Below, one piece after another: positions 41,092 to 49,414 of a stretch of DNA of 64,000 nucleotides. The stretch is from an uncultured bacterium (GTDB taxonomy: Bacteria; Verrucomicrobiota; Verrucomicrobiia; Verrucomicrobiales; DEV007), in contig CAXBMO010000008.1 of the NCBI GenBank assembly GCA_963977015.1, positions 160,001 to 224,000 on the forward strand, written 5' to 3'. The position numbers and the translations under genes are program-made. A model generated the notes under the pieces. The model was given only the letters and a program-made list of their open reading frames with translations, did not search any database and was not told the origin of the DNA. Positions within the stretch are counted from its first letter, which is position 1. The number at the start of each line of letters is the position of its first letter.

Positions 41092-41592
41092 ATGCAACTT
41101 ACCGAAGATCAGCAGCAAAAAGTGCGTCAGTGGGCCAGTGAAGGCGCGGATCTGGGCAATATCCAGAAACGACTTGCTGAAGAATTAGAAATCACGATTT
41201 CCTTTATGGAAACACGATTTTTGATCAGCGACCTGAACATCACACTTCATGAAGAGGTGGAGGAAGAGCCCGAAGAGCCTGCCGTTTCAGACCAGGCAAC
41301 CGAGGGGCCTGTGGGCGAAGAGGGTGGGTTGGGCGCGAAGGACGATCCCGAGGAGCCATCTCTTGGTGGGCCGGGCGAAGTTTCTGTAAGCCTCGACACC
41401 ATTGCTCAACCCGGGATGATGGCGAGTGGCAAAGCGACCTTCAGCGATGGCGAAACCGCCGTGTGGTACATTGATGAGATGGGCCGTTTGGGAATGGATG
41501 CCACCACGCCGGGTTATCGTCCGGCGGAAGCCGATTTGATGAAATTCCAGGAAGAGCTCGGCAAAGCGGCTCGGAAAGCCGGATTGGCCTAG
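41092..41592 (+). CDS. Hypothetical acidic protein
   Basis: MQLTEDQQQKVRQW... helical N-domain, acidic linker, C-domain SGKATFSDG.WYIDEMGRLG. Confidence 0.75.
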   Translation: MQLTEDQQQKVRQWASEGADLGNIQKRLAEELEITISFMETRFLISDLNITLHEEVEEEPEEPAVSDQATEGPVGEEGGLGAKDDPEEPSLGGPGEVSVSLDTIAQPGMMASGKATFSDGETAVWYIDEMGRLGMDATTPGYRPAEADLMKFQEELGKAARKAGLA

Positions 41593-41651
41593 CAGCGGTT
41601 TGACAGACAAGCGTGAGCTAGACTGTCGGCTCAAATTCGCTAGTTTTGGGG

Positions 41652-42644
41652 ATGCACCCCCTTCTAGCCCTCTTTCTGGTGTTCTGTGCCGCGCCGATTT
41701 ACGCGGAAGTCGAATGTGTGGAGACCGAGGAGGCCATTCTATTGAAATGGGGTGGGAAACCGGTTCTCTGTTACAACAAGGCGGAGCAACAACCGCGGGA
41801 AGGGATGAGCGACGACTATCGGCGGAGTGGCTATATTCATCCGGTTTACAATCCGGCAGGCCAAGTCGTCACGGGTGATTTTGCGGAAGATCATCCGCAT
41901 CAGCACGGGCTGTTTTTTGCGTGGACGAGGTGCAGCGTCGAGGGGCGGCCGTTGGAGTTTTGGAATCAACGCCTGAAACTTGGCCGGATCGAGCATGAGG
42001 AAGTCCTGAAGGTTGGGAGCGACTTCTTCAAGATCAGGTTGAAGTATATCGATGAGAATGCTCCCGATGGACCTCAGGTCGTTCTTCGAGAGACCTGGAC
42101 CGTCCGCATGGAAGACTCGACCGCTGAATCCTACGTGATTGAGATCCTCAGTGAACAAACGTGCACCACAGAATCACCACTGGTGATTGAGAAATATCAC
42201 TACGGAGGAATGGCGATTCGAGGATCCGGCCAATGGTTTGATCGGGACGACGCGGCCAAGGTAAAGGCATGGTCAAAGGCCAGAGAAGAGGATCCCGATT
42301 TTCCGCCGATCGAATCCGATTCCCTGGCTCGCGATTTTTTGACCAGCGAAGGAAAATCCTGGTTTGACGGGAATCACACCAGGCCTCGATGGGTGGATAT
42401 GTTTGGTCGGATTGATGGCAAATTCTCCGGGATCGCCGTCTTGTCCCATCCCTCCAATTTCCGCTTTCCGCAGTCTGTGCGGCTGCATCCATCGAAGCCC
42501 TATTTTTGTTTTGCTCCGATGGTTGATGAAGGGTTCAAGATCGAGCCGGGGAAAGCTTATCAATCACGTTACCGCTATGTCATCCACAATGGGAAGCCAG
42601 ATCCGGAAATGCTGAACAATCAGTGGGAATTATACACCAAGTAA
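41652..42644 (+). CDS. Exported DUF6807/PmoA-like family protein
   Basis: Signal peptide; RSGYIHPVYNP, DHPHQHGLFFAW, YHYGG, HPSNFRFP. Confidence 0.7.
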   Translation: MHPLLALFLVFCAAPIYAEVECVETEEAILLKWGGKPVLCYNKAEQQPREGMSDDYRRSGYIHPVYNPAGQVVTGDFAEDHPHQHGLFFAWTRCSVEGRPLEFWNQRLKLGRIEHEEVLKVGSDFFKIRLKYIDENAPDGPQVVLRETWTVRMEDSTAESYVIEILSEQTCTTESPLVIEKYHYGGMAIRGSGQWFDRDDAAKVKAWSKAREEDPDFPPIESDSLARDFLTSEGKSWFDGNHTRPRWVDMFGRIDGKFSGIAVLSHPSNFRFPQSVRLHPSKPYFCFAPMVDEGFKIEPGKAYQSRYRYVIHNGKPDPEMLNNQWELYTK

Positions 42645-42674
42645 CGGTCTCTTAGTCTCATCCGAATACCGATC

Positions 42675-43811
42675 ATGAAATCACTATCGTTCTACAATGC
42701 TCACATTATTTCTCCCGGCGTTGATCGCCCCGATTCGAGGGTGGACGTAGACGGAGGAGTGATTGCGGGGATCGCCGAATCGACCACGGGCGATATGGAT
42801 ATCCAGGGAAACTATTTGGTCCCCGGGTTTGTCGATATTCACACGCACGGAGCTGGAGGTGCCTCTGCCATGGATGGCACGGAAGAGGCGGTGCGAATCA
42901 TGGCGGAGACGAAGTTGAAGGAAGGGGTGACCAGCTTTTGTCCGACGACCTGGACCGAGAGTGAAGAAAGCCTGGTGGGTGCAATGTCAGGAATTGCGGC
43001 TTACATGAAAAGGCAGGAGTTCGCGCGAACTCCGTTCGTGCACATTGAAGGACCATACATCAATCCGGATTGCATCGGGGCGCAGAACCCGGCTTATGTT
43101 CGTCCGCCAGACATGGTCGAGATCGATCATCTCAACAACATCGCAAAAGTCGGGATTGTCTCCCTGGCCGTCGAGATGGCGGGAGGGATCGAGTTTGTCA
43201 GGGCAGCAACCCAGCGGGGGATCGTCACCTCGCTGGCGCACACCGCTGCGACCTACGCGCAGTTTCTTCAGGCCAAGGACGCTGGAGCGAAGCATTTGAC
43301 TCACTTCTGCAATCAGATGACGAAGCTGCATCATCGTGAGATCGGTCTGGTTGGAGCAGGGCTGCTGGATGACGAAATCCGGCTCGAGATGATTTGCGAT
43401 AAGATTCACCTGTCACCTGAAATGATCGCGCTCACGTTCAAGCACAAGCCGGTTGAACAGATCATGCTGATTACCGACAGCATCTCAGCGAGTTGGCTTC
43501 CCGATGGGGAATACGAGGAAGGCGGGCAAAAGATCCGGGTGGCCGACGGAGTGTGTCGACTGGAAAGTGGAGCGCTGGCCGGAAGCACGTTGCGCTATGA
43601 TCGTGGCCTCAAACATGTGGCGGAAATCACCGGCAAGCCGTTATCCGAATTGATTCAAACCACATCCTGGAATCAGGTGCAGTCGCTCGGGTTGGGCAAG
43701 TTCGGAAAGATCGAATCCGGATTTGCGGCGGACTTCGTGGTTTTGGACCGGGAATCGCTTGCTCCGGTTGCGACCATCGTTGGCGGCGAAATGCGATTCG
43801 AAGCTGGATAA
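42675..43811 (+). CDS. nagA: N-acetylglucosamine-6-phosphate deacetylase
   Basis: PGFVDIHTHG, PTT, HIEGPY, THFCN, ITDS, LAGSTL. Confidence 0.93.
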   Translation: MKSLSFYNAHIISPGVDRPDSRVDVDGGVIAGIAESTTGDMDIQGNYLVPGFVDIHTHGAGGASAMDGTEEAVRIMAETKLKEGVTSFCPTTWTESEESLVGAMSGIAAYMKRQEFARTPFVHIEGPYINPDCIGAQNPAYVRPPDMVEIDHLNNIAKVGIVSLAVEMAGGIEFVRAATQRGIVTSLAHTAATYAQFLQAKDAGAKHLTHFCNQMTKLHHREIGLVGAGLLDDEIRLEMICDKIHLSPEMIALTFKHKPVEQIMLITDSISASWLPDGEYEEGGQKIRVADGVCRLESGALAGSTLRYDRGLKHVAEITGKPLSELIQTTSWNQVQSLGLGKFGKIESGFAADFVVLDRESLAPVATIVGGEMRFEAG

Positions 43812-43862
43812 ACTGCTCCTTTACTCCGCGACTGAGGACTCCGATAGTCCTGACAAGTTACC

Positions 43863-45842
43863 ATGGTTCTAGTTGCCGTATTCTTAGAAGACCCGAGTCA
43901 GTGGGAATCCGTCGAAGTGTCGGTTGGCCAAAAGGTTCGAATTGGTCGTCAACCGCTCCTGAAAAATGGAGAGGCTGGTTTGCGCGTGCCGTGGAGAGAT
44001 CGCGTGGTAAACCGGAACCATTCACAGGCATGGTTGGAGGGTTCCACGCTCAAAGTGGAGCGGCTTCCGGCGGTGGAGAATCGGAGTGATCCCAACAAGT
44101 TCTACTCCAACGAGCCCCATTCCCAGCGCAGCGTGTTGTCAGAGCCGCTGGTTCTCAATCTGGGGGATTCCTTCAGCATTGGCGCCCATGGTCGGACGGC
44201 GTTTTTCTGGCTTGAATCGGAAAGCGATCTCAAGGAAGTTCTCAGTGAATTGCGACCTTTTGGAGGGATTCCGGGAGAGCAGACTTCCGGGCATCTCCAG
44301 AGCATGGTTCCCTCCGTTGACTACGATGAATTGGAGGGGCTCGATGATTACAGCCTTCGTTTGCAGCTCAAATTGCTCCAGAAGGAACTCCCGGAGAAAG
44401 TGTTGAGCGGTTGGACGACCGAAGAAGAGTTGTTAACCCGTGCCGCCGATTTTCTGAAAACCGCACTTCCCGGACAACTTGGAGTTTCCGTGGCTTTTTT
44501 GGCCATCAATCCCCATCAAGCCAAGGCGACCAGCGTCACCCCGGTCAGTCCATCGGGATACACACCGATTCCGACGCCTGTTCCCGGGACCAAGCCCGTC
44601 CATTTCAAGGTGTTGAATGAGGATCCGTCGACGCGGGCTGATTTTCGGGTGAGTTCGACGCTGCTGAGCCAGATCAACCTGCAGAATCCAGGAGCAGACG
44701 ACACCTATCTTTGGAACGCGTCGGATACCAACTCGAGCGAAATTTCCGACAGCAGTATTTTGAAGCGACTCGACTGGGTTGCGATTCTGCCCGTAGCAAC
44801 GCTCGATTCCGAGACCGGGCTCTATCGCGACCGGCGGGGAAGGCCGGTTTTTCTCTACGTGGAAGCACGCCAATCCCACAGCGCGTCGGCCGTCGCCTTT
44901 GTGCCCTTTCTTCGCTTGATCGTTTCGGTGGTCGCGAGCCTTCTTTCCGCGAGGGAGCGGCAACGAATCCAGGACCAGCTTTCGGGGCACTTTTCGCCGG
45001 CGTTGCGGAGAATTCTCCACGCGGGCGACGTTCGCCAGCTCAAGCCGACGTTGGCAGAGTGTACGGTTCTGTTTTGCGACCGCCGCGGTGCCTCCCGCGA
45101 GATGGAAACGGCTTCCACCGATGAGGATATTCTGCATCAACTCGGTGAGAATCAGGAAATTGTCGGGAAGATTTCGGCGACGGTTTTCAAGCATGATGGA
45201 GTGATCACCGATTTTGCCGGTGACGGTGTCCTCGCACTTTGGGGATGGCCAGTCGAAAGCAACGATCATGCGATTCGAGCCGTGATTACCGCGGAATCGA
45301 TCGCCTATCTGCTGGCTTCGCGGGTTGAAATGGATTCCGAGGGACTGGCGGAAGCCCCGGTTCGCATGGGGATCAGCACGGGGAGAATCGCGGTGGGCGA
45401 TACCGGCCCGGTTCAACAGGTCCACATCAGCGTCTTCGGAAATGTGGTTAACTTTGGGGCGCGTTTGGAAGCGTTGGGGAAACAATTCCGGGTGCCGGCA
45501 TTGCTCAGCGAAGACACGATGGCGCTGATGAAAAATTCGGGGAAGACGGTTCGAAAGCTGTGCTTTTTGCGGCCGGCCGGGTTCAATCGTTCCTACCCAA
45601 TTTACGAACTGGTTTTGCCCAAAGCCGTTGGCGGAAGTGGCGCGAACGCCGAGCAGATCGCGGAGTATGAGGCCGCGCTCGATGCGTTTGTGCAGCAAAA
45701 TTGGGACAAATGTCGATCCATGCTCAAGGAGTTACCTGATTCGGATGGTCCAGCTCACTGGCTTAGCGAACAGGCCAGCTTCTTTGAGAAGAATGATCCC
45801 GGAAGTAACTGGCAGGGAGAGATTGCGAGCTTGATGAAGTAA
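43863..45842 (+). CDS. FHA domain + class III nucleotidyl cyclase
   Basis: N-terminal IGR...DRVVNRNH (FHA-like); cyclase motifs TVLFCD, FAGDG, MGISTG, VFGNVVNFGARLE; TPR-like tail typical of this class. Confidence 0.85.
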   Translation: MVLVAVFLEDPSQWESVEVSVGQKVRIGRQPLLKNGEAGLRVPWRDRVVNRNHSQAWLEGSTLKVERLPAVENRSDPNKFYSNEPHSQRSVLSEPLVLNLGDSFSIGAHGRTAFFWLESESDLKEVLSELRPFGGIPGEQTSGHLQSMVPSVDYDELEGLDDYSLRLQLKLLQKELPEKVLSGWTTEEELLTRAADFLKTALPGQLGVSVAFLAINPHQAKATSVTPVSPSGYTPIPTPVPGTKPVHFKVLNEDPSTRADFRVSSTLLSQINLQNPGADDTYLWNASDTNSSEISDSSILKRLDWVAILPVATLDSETGLYRDRRGRPVFLYVEARQSHSASAVAFVPFLRLIVSVVASLLSARERQRIQDQLSGHFSPALRRILHAGDVRQLKPTLAECTVLFCDRRGASREMETASTDEDILHQLGENQEIVGKISATVFKHDGVITDFAGDGVLALWGWPVESNDHAIRAVITAESIAYLLASRVEMDSEGLAEAPVRMGISTGRIAVGDTGPVQQVHISVFGNVVNFGARLEALGKQFRVPALLSEDTMALMKNSGKTVRKLCFLRPAGFNRSYPIYELVLPKAVGGSGANAEQIAEYEAALDAFVQQNWDKCRSMLKELPDSDGPAHWLSEQASFFEKNDPGSNWQGEIASLMK

Positions 45843-45888
45843 GGCGATTTGCGGGAGAACGGCAAAGTGCCGGGAGAGGGATTGGAAG

Positions 45889-45928
45889 AAAAAAAAGAGA
45901 CGGCGCGCGATTACTCGTGCGCCGCCCC
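45889..45928 (-). terminator. Rho-independent terminator
   Basis: Minus strand GGGGCGGCGCACGA-GUAA-UCGCGCGCCGUCUC followed by U8. Confidence 0.85.
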
Positions 45929-45980
45929 CTTAACCCCTCAACACATTTAACAATTCTTCAGTGGATACCGAAGCTTTGTT
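45889..45980 (-). ncRNA. Candidate ~90-nt small RNA
   Basis: Own promoter, 5' hairpin, single-stranded G-rich segment and intrinsic terminator; no ORF seen. Confidence 0.6.
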
Positions 45981-45986
45981 GAAAAG

Positions 45987-46015
45987 AGCTTAAGCGATTT
46001 CGGGTAATCAGGCAA
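45987..46015 (-). promoter_or_regulatory. Sigma70-type promoter
   Basis: TTGCCT-N17-TAAGCT with an AT-rich UP-like tract upstream. Confidence 0.6.
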
Positions 46016-46114
46016 CTAGAAATATTAACTTTTACGAAATAAAATTGAATAGATCGGGGGTCTGGTGAATTGGCTGCTTCACGAGTATCTTACAATTAGC
46101 GAGTTAAGTGGCTT

Positions 46115-49100
46115 TCAAGGAAGGCGATGAAGCAGTCCATTCTCCATTTGCAGTTGGAGAATCTCTGCTCCGAACTGCATCACCTCCTCGGATGTGGGTG
46201 TCTCCAGGGGAACCGAAAGCAGATAAGCGCCGGGAAATCCCTGCCCGGGCATGCTCATCCCCTCGAAAATCAGGAGCTGATGATCCGGGAGAAAGCGATC
46301 GATCGTCAATTGACCAAACATTCCTGCCGGTAGCTTTGGGCTTTTCCAAGCGAGTGCTCCCTTGCGCCAATCCCAAAGGTAAGCGGCGAAACCATGGCTG
46401 GTTGCCAAAAACCTTCCGTCAGGGCTCAAAACCATGCCGCCACCGGGCTGCGCGGCGTTCTGAAGCAGGACGTCGGAACCGGCGCTCTTGGATTGAGGAT
46501 GTTGAAACCAGGAGATTTGCTCACCCGCCAAGGTTTGCACAGAGACTTCGCCTTTGGGAGTTGAGAATGCCACCAAGGTTTCAGCCTTCCAGGGAAGGAG
46601 CGTGGCGGAGGCAACCTGCGGGGCCAGTGTCCGCACCTTGCCGTCCCGGAAATTTGCCTGCTGAAGGGCAAAGCCGGGGTTCCTCCAAAGCACGGTATCG
46701 CCTTTCCACTCGAAGATGCGCTCGACGGCGACGGGTTGGTCGAGCGTCGAAAGGTCGCCATTCGCATCCCAACGCGCGATTCCCCCAAATCCGGCAACCA
46801 ATACCTCGCTACCATCAGAGTTCGTCCGAAACGCGGAAACCGGTTTTCCTGACAAGGATGATGGAAGTTCCGTGATTTCTCCGGTCGAACCGTCTGACGA
46901 GATGGGAGCCCAACCTTTCTCAGTCGCGAGGACAAAAAGGCGTTCGCCTCCGACCGCCAGCTTGTAGAAGGGTGAACCGGCGAAGTTTTCCGGCAACGTT
47001 GATCGCTGTTTCACGGCTCCGCCGGGAGAGAGCCAAACCATTTCCCCCTTCGCCGAGATTCCGACAAGCTCGCCGTTTGGAAGGGGAACAAGATCCCAGT
47101 AAGGATCCTTGCCAATCGCCTCATTTTCTCCGTTTCCAGATTTGCGGATGAGACCGGCGTCCGTCGCCAGCAGGAAACCGGATTCGCCGTTAACCACGTT
47201 TTGAATCATTCGAAACGGATCCCCATCCTGGCGAAGCACCTGAATTCCCGAGGTGCTGGATGGCGATTGCACATCCCAAATTCGCACCAAACCGTTTCGA
47301 GCCCCTGCCATGGCAAGCTCGGAATCTGGAGAGGAGGCAACGGTCGAAAGTGCGTCGGGATGCCAGGCTTCCTCAAGTTGCAATCCGCTTTCGTTCCAGA
47401 TCCTCAAGACGCCGTTGCGATCTCCGGTCGTTAGACTGCCGTTGCCGAGTGATCCGGTTTCGATGGCCCCCGGGCTGCCTTGCGATTCGGTCAGCAACGT
47501 TCCGTCGAGAAGACTCAGCGTTCGCATTTGGGACATCCCATCCACGCTGTGAACGTGCTCGCCAAGTATGGCCAGTTCGATGGCTGGTGCAGGCATGGAA
47601 TCACTCTGCCACGTCCACAAGACTTCCAGCGTAGCCGGGTTGAGGCAGCCAATCATCCCGCCTTCAAATCCGAGCACCAGGCGGTCGCCGGTCTGGGCAT
47701 GAGATTGGATTTTTTGCTGGATGGCGATCTCTTTAAGAAGTTTGCCCGATTCCCGGCTCCAGACGCGAAGCGCCATTCCGGTGAAGCCTTCGACCTCCGC
47801 ATGATAAAGCAACGTTGCGTCGGGTCCAAACCACCACGATGCTAGGTTCAGCGATTTGACCGAATCAATCTCGACTTCCCGGCCGTCCTCTTGAAGGGCG
47901 ATCACTGCCTGGCGTTCAGTTTCTCCGGGGACCGCGGGAATTTTGCGATAGAAGGCATACCGGCCATCCTGTGAAACCATCAAGTCTCTCACATTCGTCC
48001 ACGACTCAGGCCACGGTTTGGTGAAAACCTGCGCCTGGGTGGAAATCTGGCGAACTTCCAATTGCTTCCCGTTCGCCGAATTGACCAAACCGATCGCGTA
48101 ATCGCCGTTGAATGCCGCAGTCGAACATTCGACCGATCCGGGAAGCGATCGCCAGACCGTTTCCCGTTTCACCAGGTCACGGATCAGTATCCCTCCCAGC
48201 TGATCCTGAACGAGAAGTTGAGTAGAGTCCGGTGTGAACGTGGAAAATACCGGCGCTCGACCGGTTCGGAATTGGTCCCTGAGATTCCGGCAATGGCTCC
48301 AGGCGGATGCGAACGCCGGATCGTTTTCCAACTCCCGCCCCAGCTTTCTTGCCGCATCGAAGTAGAGGATCGATTCACCGAACTGCGAGTCGAGATAGGT
48401 TTCCCGGCCTGCCAATTCGTAGCGCGCCGAAAGCGCTTCCTGGGCGCGATTGCGCTCTAACAGAAACAAAACCGCCAATGCTGCCATGATCGACATGAGC
48501 GCGAGGCTGAGGGCTGTGAAACTCCACATTCTGCGCATTCTGCGGGCGTGATCCCGTTGAACCAATTCATCGTAGGCAACGCCCAACACACCGGCCAGAA
48601 TCTTGAGTTTGGCGTTGGTCTTCCCATCTCGGCCAGGTCGCGCGTCGGCCGCCAACGGCTCAAGACGATGTTCGGTTGGGGATCCGCTTTCGTCGGCCTG
48701 AAATCGAAGAGCCGGCGCGAAGCACTCGTCCTCCACCGAAAAGCCGGGCTTGCCATCGGAGGCGTTCGGCTCGCCATCGACGATGAGGCAGAGAATTCGG
48801 TCTTCGCGGCCCATTTTTTTAAACGCGCGGATCTCCTCGTTGACCCATTTGGATTTGGCCGAATTGGGAGAGCAAATCACCACGAGGTACTTGGCGGACT
48901 CCAACGCGGTTTCGATCATCCGACCAAAATTGGCGGAAGTCGGGAGCTCTTCGCGGTCGAGAAAGACGGGAAACGCGCGTTTCGGAACCTTGTAGCCGCG
49001 CTCCGTTTCACGACCCGCCAGGCGCTTCGGAACCTGATATTGCTCGAGAGCCCGATGCAGCCATTTGCCCCAATCCGTGTCGATTTGACTGTAGCTGATG

Positions 49101-49138
49101 AAGGCCCAGTATTCGCGATGAGGCGGCTTCTCTGACAT
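46115..49138 (-). CDS. TIR domain + transmembrane helix + WD40-like beta-propeller protein
   Basis: WAFISYS, VFLDREEL, LVVICSPNSAKSKWVNEEI; TM MWSFTALSLALMSIMAALAVLFLL; repeats such as SPDSELAMAGARNGLVRIWD and SPDGRFLATS..AYLWD; start at ATG 49138. Confidence 0.88.
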   Translation of the reverse strand: MSEKPPHREYWAFISYSQIDTDWGKWLHRALEQYQVPKRLAGRETERGYKVPKRAFPVFLDREELPTSANFGRMIETALESAKYLVVICSPNSAKSKWVNEEIRAFKKMGREDRILCLIVDGEPNASDGKPGFSVEDECFAPALRFQADESGSPTEHRLEPLAADARPGRDGKTNAKLKILAGVLGVAYDELVQRDHARRMRRMWSFTALSLALMSIMAALAVLFLLERNRAQEALSARYELAGRETYLDSQFGESILYFDAARKLGRELENDPAFASAWSHCRNLRDQFRTGRAPVFSTFTPDSTQLLVQDQLGGILIRDLVKRETVWRSLPGSVECSTAAFNGDYAIGLVNSANGKQLEVRQISTQAQVFTKPWPESWTNVRDLMVSQDGRYAFYRKIPAVPGETERQAVIALQEDGREVEIDSVKSLNLASWWFGPDATLLYHAEVEGFTGMALRVWSRESGKLLKEIAIQQKIQSHAQTGDRLVLGFEGGMIGCLNPATLEVLWTWQSDSMPAPAIELAILGEHVHSVDGMSQMRTLSLLDGTLLTESQGSPGAIETGSLGNGSLTTGDRNGVLRIWNESGLQLEEAWHPDALSTVASSPDSELAMAGARNGLVRIWDVQSPSSTSGIQVLRQDGDPFRMIQNVVNGESGFLLATDAGLIRKSGNGENEAIGKDPYWDLVPLPNGELVGISAKGEMVWLSPGGAVKQRSTLPENFAGSPFYKLAVGGERLFVLATEKGWAPISSDGSTGEITELPSSLSGKPVSAFRTNSDGSEVLVAGFGGIARWDANGDLSTLDQPVAVERIFEWKGDTVLWRNPGFALQQANFRDGKVRTLAPQVASATLLPWKAETLVAFSTPKGEVSVQTLAGEQISWFQHPQSKSAGSDVLLQNAAQPGGGMVLSPDGRFLATSHGFAAYLWDWRKGALAWKSPKLPAGMFGQLTIDRFLPDHQLLIFEGMSMPGQGFPGAYLLSVPLETPTSEEVMQFGAEILQLQMENGLLHRLP

Positions 49139-49414
49139 GACGGCATCCTTCAGGAGAGAGGTGGAGAACGCAATAGGATTAGGGCGAAACTCCCGACAGT
49201 TGGGCCGAAGGGCGATGGAGGAAACCAGGCTGAAAGCTCGGGAGTTGGGAGTCAAAGTGGTCGCCGGAAATTGCAAAATGTCGGATTGTATGACAATGTA
49301 TTGGCAGTTCATTTCCCAGTTCTTCCCAAGGTGCCGGGTATCCAGGAGAGGGCTGCGGAATGGAGTTTTGCCAGATCGCCTGATGGTCAGGTGAATTCTC
49401 GCCCCCCAAAAATC

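Noticed and set aside
41652-42644. PmoA-family label suggesting methanotrophy
   Set aside because: Soluble exported DUF6807-type protein, not the membrane pMMO subunit; no pmoB or pmoC nearby
44433-45698. 421-aa minus-strand ORF
   Set aside because: Antisense to the cyclase gene; no motifs
43863-49138. Calling the cyclase-TIR locus a canonical Pycsar system
   Set aside because: Convergent orientation, an FHA-fused cyclase, and no cNMP-binding domain on the TIR; kept only as a hypothesis
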